DNA of 64,000 nucleotides from Alphaproteobacteria bacterium (GTDB lineage Bacteria; Pseudomonadota; Alphaproteobacteria; UBA828): NCBI GenBank assembly GCA_965214705.1, contig CBDCCI010000001.1, positions 448,001 to 512,000 of the forward strand, read 5' to 3'. Shown piece by piece: positions 47,333 to 58,683 of this stretch (position 1 is its first letter; each line of letters starts with the position of its first letter). The notes under the pieces were generated by a model. It saw only the letters and a program-made list of their open reading frames with translations, ran no database searches and was not told where the DNA came from. The position numbers and the translations under genes were made by a program.

Positions 47333-49998
47333 TTGAACGAAGCCGCTACGCGGAGTTAGCGGCGTAGAGTTCATTCATTTCCGAGGCGTCGCGGGTGCCG
47401 TTTGTTCTGTGCGTTCGCTTCCCGGTTGCGTCAGTGGCGCTCCGCCCGTCGGGTGGCGGATCCCCAGCAGCCTCCCGATCACCAGTGGTTAGTATCGACC
47501 CCTGCGACGGACCGTCGCCGGATCGGTCCGGCGGCGCGCCGTCGCGATCCAGGGAGATCGATAATGACCGGGACCGCGTGCGACACGAACACCGTCACCC
47601 CTCTTCGCCAGCGCATGGAGGAGCAGCTCCGCATCGCCAATCTGGCCGCGAGCACGTCCAAGGCCTACATCTGCGAGATCAAGAACCTGGCCAGGTACTA
47701 CGACGCCTCGCCGGACGAGCTCGACGCCGAGCAGGTGCGCCAGTGGTACCTGGGGCGGATCGACAAGGGGCTCAGTCCGGGCACGACCAACGTCTCCTTC
47801 GCCGCGCTGAACTTCCTCTACATCGACACACTCGGCTGGCCTGACCATGTCGCCGGCCTGCGCTCCCGCAAGAAGCCCGGCAAGCTGCCGCGCTACATGT
47901 CGGAGCAGGAGGTCGAGCACCTCATCCTTGCGACACCCGACCTCCGCCACCGTGCTGCCATTGTCACCGGCTATGGCGGCGGGCTCCGCATCTCCGAGAC
48001 CTTGGCCATCAAGGTCGGCGACATCCTGTCGGAGAAGAAGCTGCTGCACATCCCCTCCGGCAAAGGCGGCACCGAGAGAATGGCACCGTTGCCGGACATC
48101 GTCATCCACTACTTGCGCGTCTACTACAGGAACATCTGGCCGCGTCCGACGAGCTGGCTCTTCTACGGCGTCTCGCTCGACAGGCCCATCGCAACGGAGA
48201 CCTTGCAGGCCGCCTTCAGGAGGGCGCGCGACATTGCCGAGCTCGACCGCAGCTACACCTTCCATTGCCTGCGCCATTCGGCGGCGACCCATCTCCTCGA
48301 GCGCGGCGGCGATATCGAGGTGATCCGGGACATGCTCGGCCATCGAAGCGCGAACACGACCCGTCACTACGCCCGCGTCACCGGCAAGATGTTCGAGGGC
48401 CTCGACCACCCGATCTCAGGCTTCGCAGCGTTGCGCAACTGACGGCGCGTGGAGGCCGAACGCGCGGGCGTGGCGGAGATCTTCCGCCGCGCCGGCGCCG
48501 CTTTCCGTGAGCGCCACAAAGGGCGCATCGACGCCGCCCGGCTCAAGGTCATGGGCGCCATCGAGGCGTGCCGCACCGCCGTGCTCGGCGGCCACATGTA
48601 CGCCTGCGAGGGCTGCGGGCGCGAGCATCCGCTCTTCAACTCCTGCCGCAACCGCCACTGCCCCACCTGCCAGGGTCTCGCCGCCAACCTCTGGAGCGAG
48701 GAGCGCGCCGGGGACATCCTGCCGGTGCCCTACTTCCATGTGGTCTTCACCCTGCCCAAGGAGGTTGCCGCCATTGCCTTCTGCAACCGCAGGGTGGTGT
48801 TCGACATCCTCTTCCGGGCCGTCGCCGAGACCCTGCGCACCATCGCCGCCGATCCCCGCCACGGCGGCATGCGCATCGGCGGCACCGCGGTCCTCCATAC
48901 CTGGGATCAGAAGCTCCGCTTCCACCCGCACCTGCACGTGGTCGTGCCCAACGCGGGCTTCGACGTAGACAGTGGCGAGTGGAAGACGGGGAGCACCACC
49001 TTCCTCGCCCCCGTCAAGGTCCTCGGCAGCCTGTTCCGCCGCCTCTTCCTCGAGGAGCTCGCCCGCGCCCACGGCCGGGGGGACCTGGAGTTCCACGGCA
49101 CCCTCGCCCACCTCGCCAATCCCGGCGAGTTCCACGCCACGCTTGCCGCCGCCCGGGCCAGGGACTGGGTGGTCTACGCCAAGCGGCCCTTCCGCGGGCC
49201 TGAGCAGGTCTTCCGGTACCTCTCGCACTACACGCACAGGATCGCCATCTCCGACAGCCGCATCGTCTCCTTCGACGGCGAGACGGTCTCCTTCCGCCAC
49301 CGAAAGCCCAAGGCGCCGGGGCAGAGAAAGCCGCGCTACGGCATCGCCACCGTGAGCGCCGACGAGTTCATCCGCCGCTTCCTGAGGCACGTCCTGCCGG
49401 ACGGCATGCACCGCATTCGCTACTTCGGCATCCTCGCCAACGGCTGCCGCGCCAGCACGCTGGAGAGAGCACGCCAGGCTCTCGGCGCCCTCGGCTGCGC
49501 CGCCCCCGAGGGAAGCGTGGACGGCGCTCGGGCCGAGCCCGACGAAGAGCCCGAGATCGGCACCGCGCCCGTGGCCTGCCCCCACTGCGGCGGCGTCATG
49601 CGCCTCGTCCGCGAAATCCGCCGCCGCCATGAGCCCCGCTCGACGCGCGGCCCGCCGGCGCTGCCGCCGACCCACAGGGGGAAACCGTGAGACGCCCGCT
49701 CGCTTCGGCCCCGCGCAACGGCGCCAAAGCGCCGACGCACGACCGAACCTGTCTCCGCTTGAGCCGGGCTGACAGCCCTCGGCTCACACCCCGCTCAGTC
49801 CTCGCAGCGTGCGCCCGCATGCCTGCCGAAAGACCGGCGCGAGCGTCGATTTTATGCGCAACTCTGCTGCCGGTGGATGCCGCCTGACGCTGACATCAGC
49901 GCACTTTCCACATAGCTCAACTTCGCCTCTCGTGGCCCGCGGCTTCGTTCAAAAGGGTTGGGCAGGCTCTCTCTCGAGAGCCTGCCCAACCCTTAACC
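47333..49998 (+). mobile_element. Element A copy 2
   Basis: Near-identical to copy 1; hairpin loop TCTC. Confidence 0.92.
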
Positions 49999-50327
49999 AT
50001 GTTCAACTGCACATAATGAATTGGCCTGTATCGGTCGTGCGCAGCAGGACCGATACAGGCATTGAGCTGAGCCGCGCTGCACGGCCGTAGTGCCGGGCTA
50101 TGGGGAAAGTAACCGCTGGGTGGGAGCCGATTAGGCCGAAGCGGTGCAACCTGTTGGTGTCGCTGGCGGCGCCGGCACTCTGAATCTCCACTTATCAGGT
50201 TGCGACGCGGCTGTGCAGGGGCTCGCGACGATGTTTCGCCGCCGGGCAGCACGAAGCGGGCGCAGGAGCGGTCGCGGCGCGGCGGCCGGGGGGACTGTTG
50301 TCGGACCTTGTCGGTTCTGACGCATCG

Positions 50328-51548
50328 TCACGGCGGTCGGGTATTCGTCGCCCGCATGGCTGCTTGGGGCTGCGGCTCAAGAATGACGGTTTGCCGCAGC
50401 GTTGCCTCGCCGCACTGGCGGCACACGGTGATGTCGATCCCCGTCAGTCGCAGCATCATCTGCTGCGTCGTTTCCGGCTCCCGCGGTTCAGGGGCAGGCT
50501 GGCCGAGCAGGTCTCGGCAGCGGGCGAGCTTGCGAGCCCGGCAGCGATTGGCGAGCAAGCCGTAGTGGCGCAGGCGGGTGAAGCCGCGCGGGAGGACGTG
50601 CAGGAGGAAGCGGCGGATGAACTCGTCGACGTCGAGACGCATCACCTTGACCTTGTTGCCGTCAGCGTAGTCGCGCCAACGGAAGCGAACGTGCTCGCCG
50701 TCGAAGTCGACGAGGCGATGATTGGCGATGGCAGCCTTGTGGGTGTAGCGCCCGAGATAGGCCAGAACGTGCCCGGCGCCGGCGAACGGGGCCTTGGTGT
50801 AGACCACCCAGTCGTTCGACCGCAGCGCGGTCTTCAGACACTCGAACTCGCGGCTGTCGTCACCACCGCCGACGACCTTGAGCCGGAGTTCGCCGTCGCG
50901 GTGCGCGGCGCCGAGGAAGTCGAGATACTTGCCGCGGAAGACCTTCGAGAGCGCGACCGTGGGGAACAGGAAGCCCTTGCGCGCGGGAGTGAGCCAGCGC
51001 TCTCTGTCCGGGCTCAGACCGCCGTCGGTGACGATACAGTGGACATGGATGTGCTGTCCCAGATTCTGCCCCCAAGTGTGCAGCACCATGGTGATGCCGA
51101 GCTCGCCGCCGAGCCAGCGGGGATTGCGGCCGAACTCGAGCAGGGTCTGGGAGGCGGCCTTGAAGAGCAGCCTGTAGATGAGCGCGGCATTGCCCTGGGC
51201 CACGGGGTTGAGCTCGTGGGGCAGGGTGAACACGACATGCCAGTAGTCGATGTCGAGCAGATCGGCGCACTGACGCTCAACCCACCTGGTCTGCGAGAGG
51301 GTCTGGCACTTGGGGCAATGACGGTTCCGGCACGAGGCGTACTGGATCGTCACCGCCCCGCAGTGATCGCATTCTGCCTTGAACCCGCCGAGCACAGCGG
51401 TGCGGCAGTTCACCAGCGCGTCGACGACCCTCTGCTGCTGGGCCGAGAGCAGATGTGTCTCGCCATAGGCGTCGCCGCGCTCGCGCAGGATGTCCGCGAC
51501 CTCCAGCGCCGGCCGTGTGGCTGGCGCCGCGTGGCCGACATGAGCCAC
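50328..51548 (-). CDS. IS91-family HUH transposase
   Basis: SCRNRHCPKC, HVVFTLP, HIHVH, YLGRY, RLRHYG. Confidence 0.93.
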   Translation of the reverse strand: MAHVGHAAPATRPALEVADILRERGDAYGETHLLSAQQQRVVDALVNCRTAVLGGFKAECDHCGAVTIQYASCRNRHCPKCQTLSQTRWVERQCADLLDIDYWHVVFTLPHELNPVAQGNAALIYRLLFKAASQTLLEFGRNPRWLGGELGITMVLHTWGQNLGQHIHVHCIVTDGGLSPDRERWLTPARKGFLFPTVALSKVFRGKYLDFLGAAHRDGELRLKVVGGGDDSREFECLKTALRSNDWVVYTKAPFAGAGHVLAYLGRYTHKAAIANHRLVDFDGEHVRFRWRDYADGNKVKVMRLDVDEFIRRFLLHVLPRGFTRLRHYGLLANRCRARKLARCRDLLGQPAPEPREPETTQQMMLRLTGIDITVCRQCGEATLRQTVILEPQPQAAMRATNTRPP

Positions 51549-51551
51549 CGG

Positions 51552-52406
51552 TCAGGCCTGGGCAGGACGCGGAAACTCCAGCAGGTCCAGGGGCGACGGC
51601 GTGGCGGACGTCTTGTCGTGAGCAAGGTGAAGGTAGCGCATGGTCGAGCGGATTGAGGTGTGCCCGAGGCGGCGTTGGATGACATGCAGCTCGACGCCGG
51701 CCTCGAGGAGCCCGGTGGCGTAGCAATGGCGCAGCGTGTGGATCCCGCCGGGCTTGGCGATCCCGGCTTTGTCCTTGGCTCGATCGTAAACGTGTGCTGG
51801 CCCATGGCGCGTCATCGGCCGGCCGGGAATCCGACCGGGGAACAGCCAGTGCTCGGGCCGTACCCGCTGCCAGTACTCGCGCAGCTCGTCGAGCAGCCGG
51901 GGCGAGAGCGGGACGTAGCGGTCCTTGTTGCCCTTGCCCTGATCGACGCGCAGGCACATCCGCTGTGAGTCGATATCGCTGATCTGCAACCGGCCGAGCT
52001 CGCTCGCCCGAAGCCCCGCTGCATAGGCCGTCATCAGCAAGGCGCGGTGCTTGCGGTTGATGGTGACGCTGAACAGCCGCACCAGTTCGTCTTGGTTGAG
52101 CAGTACGGGCAGGGTGGAAGGCGTCTTGGCGAAGGGCAGATAGAAGTGCGGCTCGGGCAAGCCCAGCGTGATGCGATAGAGGAAGCGGATCCCTTGGCGA
52201 GCGCTGTTGCAGCTCTGCCAAGCCAGCCCCCGCTCTTCGTGAAGAAAGATGAGGTACTCCTGGACTTCCTCCGCTGAGATGTGCTCGGGGCTGCGACCGT
52301 AGTGAACCGCGAGCCCGGAGACCGAGTTGAGGTAGGACTTCCTGGTGTTCTCGGCGAAGCCGCGAACCGTCATGTCGTTGATCATGCGCTGGCGAAGTGC
52401 CGTCAT
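51552..52406 (-). CDS. Tyrosine recombinase
   Basis: MTALRQRM, YAAGLRASE, GKGNKDR, HTLRH, LGH, TMRY. Confidence 0.93.
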   Translation of the reverse strand: MTALRQRMINDMTVRGFAENTRKSYLNSVSGLAVHYGRSPEHISAEEVQEYLIFLHEERGLAWQSCNSARQGIRFLYRITLGLPEPHFYLPFAKTPSTLPVLLNQDELVRLFSVTINRKHRALLMTAYAAGLRASELGRLQISDIDSQRMCLRVDQGKGNKDRYVPLSPRLLDELREYWQRVRPEHWLFPGRIPGRPMTRHGPAHVYDRAKDKAGIAKPGGIHTLRHCYATGLLEAGVELHVIQRRLGHTSIRSTMRYLHLAHDKTSATPSPLDLLEFPRPAQA

Positions 52407-52632
52407 GGGGCGTCTCCCTCTGGGTTTGGTCTGTCACGAAGACACGCCCATGCTCTTGCTCGCCGGCTTGGCGGTCGACGACCATCGATCAACGAGGGAG
52501 AAACAGGATTCGACCCTGCGCCCAGACGCTGGAGCGAACGGCCACACTCAACTTACGCGCGGCAAGGAGATCACTCTGGGCACCCGGCGGCCGAGGCGCC
52601 CCGCCGCGGAACGCGGCTCAGTTCAGGACGGA

Positions 52633-52712
52633 TTATGTTGCGCCGGTGGTTATGTTGCGGCCCGGCGCTGGGCGGCGCAGCTGCACGCGCTTTGCGGTTT
52701 CTCGGCAACATA
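52633..52712 (+). other. RIT-type end: repeated TTATGTTGCG motifs plus inverted GCAACATAA
   Basis: TTATGTTGCG-CCGGTGG-TTATGTTGCG ... GGCAACATAA; mirrored partial copy at ~60767-60788. Confidence 0.65.
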
Positions 52713-52737
52713 ACCTCAGTCCCGCGGGGAGGGTCGC

Positions 52738-53766
52738 GTGATGCCGCGCGACGCTTCCGAGCTGGCACGGCGCCTCGCGCGCGACGCCGAGGCGGTCTGC
52801 CGCCACTATCTGTCGAAGGGTCGGCGTCAGGGCCGCTACTGGATGGTGGGCGACGTGCGCAACACGCCCGGCCGGTCGATGTACGTGCGGCTGAGCGGGC
52901 CGGAGGCCGGCCCTGGGGCCGCCGGGCGCTGGAGCGATGCGGCCTCGGCCGAGCACGGCGACCTGCTCGACGTGATCCGCGAGAGCTGCGGGCTCACGGA
53001 GTTCCGCGAGGTCGCCGAGGAGGCGCGGCGCTTCCTGTCGCTGCCCCGGGCCGAACCGCCGGTCGCGTCAAGAGCGCCCGCCCCGAGGGGCTCGGCCGAA
53101 GCTGCGCGCAGGCTCTGGGCGATCGCCAGACCGATCGCCGGCACGCTGGCCGAGGCGTACCTGCGCAACCGCGGGATCGTACATCTGACGAGCTGCGAAG
53201 CGCTCCGCTTCCATCCGCGCTGCTGGTATCGCCCGGATGGGCATGCGCCGACCGAGACCTGGCCGGCGATGATCGCCGCCGTCACCGACCTCTCGGGCGC
53301 GATCACCGGCGTGCATCGCACCTGGATCGCCCCGGACGGGTTGGGCAAGGCGCCGATCGATACGCCGCGACGCGCGATGGGCGACCTTCTCGGCCATGCC
53401 GTCCGGTTCGGTGCGGCCGGCAACGTCCTCGCCGCCGGCGAAGGCATCGAGACGATGCTGTCGCTGCGATGCGCGCTGCCCGCCATGCCCATGGCGGCGG
53501 CGCTCTCGGCGAACCACCTCGCCGCCCTCGAACTGGCTGCCGGTCTGCGACGGCTCTACATCGCGCGAGACAACGATCCCGCAGGACGGCGTGCGGCGGG
53601 AACCCTGGCCGATCGCGCGCGGGGCGCTGGCGTCGAGGCGCTGACGCTCGTGCCCGCGCTGGACGACTTCAACGGCGACCTGCGCCGGCTCGGCGTCGAG
53701 GTGCTGAGTGGCCGCCTGCATACCCAACTCGCGCTGACCGATAGGCCCCTCGTGGGATCAACATAG
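52738..53766 (+). CDS. Toprim primase-like protein
   Basis: VCRHYL..GRRQGRYW.VGD, HGDLLD, AGEGIETMLS, RDNDPAG. Confidence 0.85.
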   Translation: MMPRDASELARRLARDAEAVCRHYLSKGRRQGRYWMVGDVRNTPGRSMYVRLSGPEAGPGAAGRWSDAASAEHGDLLDVIRESCGLTEFREVAEEARRFLSLPRAEPPVASRAPAPRGSAEAARRLWAIARPIAGTLAEAYLRNRGIVHLTSCEALRFHPRCWYRPDGHAPTETWPAMIAAVTDLSGAITGVHRTWIAPDGLGKAPIDTPRRAMGDLLGHAVRFGAAGNVLAAGEGIETMLSLRCALPAMPMAAALSANHLAALELAAGLRRLYIARDNDPAGRRAAGTLADRARGAGVEALTLVPALDDFNGDLRRLGVEVLSGRLHTQLALTDRPLVGST

Positions 53767-53822
53767 CTTCCATCACCCTGCATCGTCGGGAAACTCGCGC
53801 CTCCAACCACAAGGAGGCCAAC

Positions 53823-55070
53823 ATGTTCGATGACATCTTCTTCCCCTACACCGCCGACAAGTATCGAGAGGCGCCGCTGGTGGAGCAGCGGGAGCGATAC
53901 CTCGCTCATCTCAAGGCGACCGGCGCGAGACGGTCGACCTTGCGCAAGTGCGCCAACGATCAGCTGAGTCTGGTGCGTCTTCTCAACCTCGAAGATGGCG
54001 AACCGGTGGACCGGTCGCGGATCGAGGCAGCCGCGACGATATGGGCGCGGCCCGGAGGTCGTCGGTGCGACCGAGCCGCAACACCGAAGACGCGCGACCG
54101 CTTCGTCAGCCACGGTGTTCGCTGGCTCGCTTTCCTGGGCTGGCTCGACGAGGTCGATGACGACCGCCATCCGCATCACGCCGAGGTCCAGGCCTTCGCA
54201 CGATGGTCGCGCGAGGAACACGGGCTCTCCGATGCGACCGTGCAGAGCTATTGCAAAGCGGCCGACCACTTCTTCCTGCACCTGGCTGCCAAGGGCGTGC
54301 AGTTGAGCGCGGTCGGCATGACCGACATCGACGATGCCATGGCGGCGGAGCATGAGCGGGGTGCCTGGAGCCGCCGGACGCGGCATGATTATGCGCAGCG
54401 GCTGAGAGCGTTCTTCCTGTTCGCCGAGATGCGCGGCTGGTGCCGAGAGGGCCTTGCCGCGGGCATCGTGGCGCCCCGCTTCATGGCCGACGAGGCCGTG
54501 CCCAAGGGGCTGCCGCGCGAGGATGTCGTGCGCTTGCTGGCGTCGGTTACGGGCGACCGGGCCATCGACAAGCGCGATCGGGCGATCCTGATGCTGTTCA
54601 TCGCATACGGGCTTCGGACGGCAGAGGTCGGCGGGCTGCAGCTCGATGACCTGGACTGGGAGAACGCGATGCTCCGGGTCCGCTGTCCGAAACCGGGACG
54701 CACTCATCTGTGGCCGCTGTCGCAGGGCGTGGGCCACGCCATCCTGTGCTACATCAGGGAGGCGCGGCCGTCCGGCTTCGGGCGCAGTCTCTTCTTGACA
54801 ACACGCGCGCCGATCCGACCGCTCGACCGGAAGGCCTTGGGCAAGATCGTCCGCGATCGGCTGGCTGGCATCGGCGTCGTCACCGGGCGACGCGGGGCTC
54901 ACGCCCTGCGGCATGCCGCAGCCCAGCATCTGCTGGATCGGGGCACGTCGATGAAGGTGATCGGCGACTTCCTCGGGCACCGAGATCCGACCTCCACCAC
55001 CATCTACGCCAAGGTCGACCTCGCTGCGCTTCGCGAAGTAGCGGCTCTCGACATGGAGGGCCTGGTATGA
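53823..55070 (+). CDS. ritA: RIT element recombinase A
   Basis: AAGGAGG RBS; RDRAIL..YGLRTAEV, HALRH, LGH, TTIYAKVD; first of three overlapping recombinases. Confidence 0.85.
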   Translation: MFDDIFFPYTADKYREAPLVEQRERYLAHLKATGARRSTLRKCANDQLSLVRLLNLEDGEPVDRSRIEAAATIWARPGGRRCDRAATPKTRDRFVSHGVRWLAFLGWLDEVDDDRHPHHAEVQAFARWSREEHGLSDATVQSYCKAADHFFLHLAAKGVQLSAVGMTDIDDAMAAEHERGAWSRRTRHDYAQRLRAFFLFAEMRGWCREGLAAGIVAPRFMADEAVPKGLPREDVVRLLASVTGDRAIDKRDRAILMLFIAYGLRTAEVGGLQLDDLDWENAMLRVRCPKPGRTHLWPLSQGVGHAILCYIREARPSGFGRSLFLTTRAPIRPLDRKALGKIVRDRLAGIGVVTGRRGAHALRHAAAQHLLDRGTSMKVIGDFLGHRDPTSTTIYAKVDLAALREVAALDMEGLV

Positions 55071-58000
55071 ACCTGCGAGAAGCGATCGAACGCTACGTGC
55101 TCTGGCGACAGGCTCACGGCGCGAAGTTCACGAGCGGCGCGAGCTTGTTGCGCGGCTTCCTTCACCATGCCGATGGCGAAGCCGCCTGCGACGCGATCAA
55201 CGCCGGGCAGGTACGGGCGTATCTCGCGGGCGAAGGCGTGTCGAGGCGCCACTGCGAGAACAGATACTATGCGCTTGCCGGCTTCTGGCGCCATGCGATC
55301 AGCCGCGGCCATGCGTCCCGCTCACCGATGCCGGCCGACGCACCGAGATCGCCCGTCCGAGCGCCGCCCTACATCTACTCGCGCGACGAACTTGCGCGCC
55401 TGTTCGACCCCGCGACCGTGGAAGCGAGCCGGCGCCGCGCAGTCCAGCTGGACGCGGTGACGTTCCGGACGCTGCTTCTGCTCTTGAACGAAGCCGCTAC
55501 GCGGAGTTAGCGGCGTAGAGTTCATTCATTTCCGAGGCGTCGCGGGTGCCGTTTGTTCTGTGCGTTCGCTTCCCGGTTGCGTCAGTGGCGCTCCGCCCGT
55601 CGGGTGGCGGATCCCCAGCAGCCTCCCGATCACCAGTGGTTAGCATCGACCCCTGCGACGGACCGTCGCCGGATCGGTCCGGCGGCGCGCCGTCGCGATC
55701 CAGGGAGATCGATAATGACCGGGACCGCGTGCGACACGAACACCGTCACCCCTCTTCGCCAGCGCATGGAGGAGCAGCTCCGCATCGCCAATCTGGCCGC
55801 GAGCACGTCCAAGGCCTACATCTGCGAGATCAAGAACCTGGCCAGGTACTACGACGCCTCGCCGGACGAGCTCGACGCCGAGCAGGTGCGCCAGTGGTAC
55901 CTGGGGCGGATCGACAAGGGGCTCAGTCCGGGCACGACCAACGTCTCCTTCGCCGCGCTGAACTTCCTCTACATCGACACACTCGGCTGGCCTGACCATG
56001 TCGCCGGCCTGCGCTCCCGCAAGAAGCCCGGCAAGCTGCCGCGCTACATGTCGGAGCAGGAGGTCGAGCACCTCATCCTTGCGACACCCGACCTCCGCCA
56101 CCGTGCTGCCATTGTCACCGGCTATGGCGGCGGGCTCCGCATCTCCGAGACCTTGGCCATCAAGGTCGGCGACATCCTGTCGGAGAAGAAGCTGCTGCAC
56201 ATCCCCTCCGGCAAAGGCGGCACCGAGAGAATGGCACCGTTGCCGGACATCGTCATCCACTACTTGCGCGTCTACTACAGGAACATCTGGCCGCGTCCGA
56301 CGAGCTGGCTCTTCTACGGCGTCTCGCTCGACAGGCCCATCGCAACGGAGACCTTGCAGGCCGCCTTCAGGAGGGCGCGCGACATTGCCGAGCTCGACCG
56401 CAGCTACACCTTCCATTGCCTGCGCCATTCGGCGGCGACCCATCTCCTCGAGCGCGGCGGCGATATCGAGGTGATCCGGGACATGCTCGGCCATCGAAGC
56501 GCGAACACGACCCGTCACTACGCCCGCGTCACCGGCAAGATGTTCGAGGGCCTCGACCACCCGATCTCAGGCTTCGCAGCGTTGCGCAACTGACGGCGCG
56601 TGGAGGCCGAACGCGCGGGCGTGGCGGAGATCTTCCGCCGCGCCGGCGCCGCTTTCCGTGAGCGCCACAAAGGGCGCATCGACGCCGCCCGGCTCAAGGT
56701 CATGGGCGCCATCGAGGCGTGCCGCACCGCCGTGCTCGGCGGCCACATGTACGCCTGCGAGGGCTGCGGGCGCGAGCATCCGCTCTTCAACTCCTGCCGC
56801 AACCGCCACTGCCCCACCTGCCAGGGTCTCGCCGCCAACCTCTGGAGCGAGGAGCGCGCCGGGGACATCCTGCCGGTGCCCTACTTCCATGTGGTCTTCA
56901 CCCTGCCCAAGGAGGTTGCCGCCATTGCCTTCTGCAACCGCAGGGTGGTGTTCGACATCCTCTTCCGGGCCGTCGCCGAGACCCTGCGCACCATCGCCGC
57001 CGATCCCCGCCACGGCGGCATGCGCATCGGCGGCACCGCGGTCCTCCATACCTGGGATCAGAAGCTCCGCTTCCACCCGCACCTGCACGTGGTCGTGCCC
57101 AACGCGGGCTTCGACGTAGACAGTGGCGAGTGGAAGACGGGGAGCACCACCTTCCTCGCCCCCGTCAAGGTCCTCGGCAGCCTGTTCCGCCGCCTCTTCC
57201 TCGAGGAGCTCGCCCGCGCCCACGGCCGGGGGGACCTGGAGTTCCACGGCACCCTCGCCCACCTCGCCAATCCCGGCGAGTTCCACGCCACGCTTGCCGC
57301 CGCCCGGGCCAGGGACTGGGTGGTCTACGCCAAGCGGCCCTTCCGCGGGCCTGAGCAGGTCTTCCGGTACCTCTCGCACTACACGCACAGGATCGCCATC
57401 TCCGACAGCCGCATCGTCTCCTTCGACGGCGAGACGGTCTCCTTCCGCCACCGAAAGCCCAAGGCGCCGGGGCAGAGAAAGCCGCGCTACGGCATCGCCA
57501 CCGTGAGCGCCGACGAGTTCATCCGCCGCTTCCTGAGGCACGTCCTGCCGGACGGCATGCACCGCATTCGCTACTTCGGCATCCTCGCCAACGGCTGCCG
57601 CGCCAGCACGCTGGAGAGAGCACGCCAGGCTCTCGGCGCCCTCGGCTGCGCCGCCCCCGAGGGAAGCGTGGACGGCGCTCGGGCCGAGCCCGACGAAGAG
57701 CCCGAGATCGGCACCGCGCCCGTGGCCTGCCCCCACTGCGGCGGCGTCATGCGCCTCGTCCGCGAAATCCGCCGCCGCCATGAGCCCCGCTCGACGCGCG
57801 GCCCGCCGGCGCTGCCGCCGACCCACAGGGGGAAACCGTGAGACGCCCGCTCGCTTCGGCCCCGCGCAACGGCGCCAAAGCGCCGACGCACGACCGAACC
57901 TGTCTCCGCTTGAGCCGGGCTGACAGCCCTCGGCTCACACCCCGCTCAGTCCTCGCAGCGTGCGCCCGCATGCCTGCCGAAAGACCGGCGCGAGCGTCGA

Positions 58001-58683
58001 TTTTATGCGCAACTCTGCTGCCGGTGGATGCCGCCTGACGCTGACATCAGCGCACTTTCCACATAGCTCAACTTCGCCTCTCGTGGCCCGCGGCTTCGTT
58101 CAAAAGGGTTGGGCAGGCTCTCGAGAGAGAGCCTGCCCAACCCTTAACCTTGTACGGCGCGGGCCTACGATTCGGGGAGGCGACTCGCCTCTCCCTTGCC
58201 GACGTCGATCTGGCGAACGCCGTCCTGACCATCCGGGCCACCAAGTTCTACAAGAGCCGGCTGGTCCCGGTCGGCCCTCAGCTTGCAGCGCTTCTGGGAA
58301 GCCACGTGACCCTGCGCCAGCGCGCCGGACTGGTGGAAGGCCGGGACGCGTTGCTCCTGGCGAACCGGGACGGGACGCGGCTCGCCAGTAGCACGGTGCT
58401 GGCCGCGTTCGACACGCTGAGGCGCCTCGCCGGGGTCCACCGTCCCGCGGCGGGGCGGACGATCCCGCGGCTGCACGATCTGCGGCACAGCTTCGCCGTC
58501 CACCGCCTGACGAGCTGGTATCGGCAAGGCGCTGATGTGCAACGGCTGCTGCCGGTGCTCTCCACCTATCTCGGTCACGCCGATCTGGAGGGCACGAAGA
58601 TCTATCTGTCGATGACGCCGGAGCTCCTGGAAGAGGCGTCGCTACGGTTCGCCCGCTATGCGGCGGGAGGTCGGCATGCCTGA
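55067..58683 (+). pseudogene. ritB: RIT recombinase B split by element A copy 3 (55067-55483 + 58150-58683)
   Basis: Rejoined LLLL|LYGAGLRFGEA, TKFYKSRLVP, HDLRHSFAV, LSTYLGH. Confidence 0.88.
55484..58149 (+). mobile_element. Element A copy 3
   Basis: Near-identical to copy 1 but hairpin loop GAGA; empty site CTC|TTGTAC. Confidence 0.92.

Larger units (their letters stand above)
50017..52626 (-). mobile_element. Element B: divergent tyrosine recombinase + IS91-like transposase
   Basis: Minus strand starts CTGAACTGAGCCGCG; ends CGCGGCTCAGCTCAA + 13-bp hairpin (50024-50060) + CAATTCA. Confidence 0.82.

Noticed and set aside
50006-52643. Chromosomal dif site
   Set aside because: The right arm (TTATGTTGCGC) departs from the XerD consensus and is part of repeated RIT-type end motifs.
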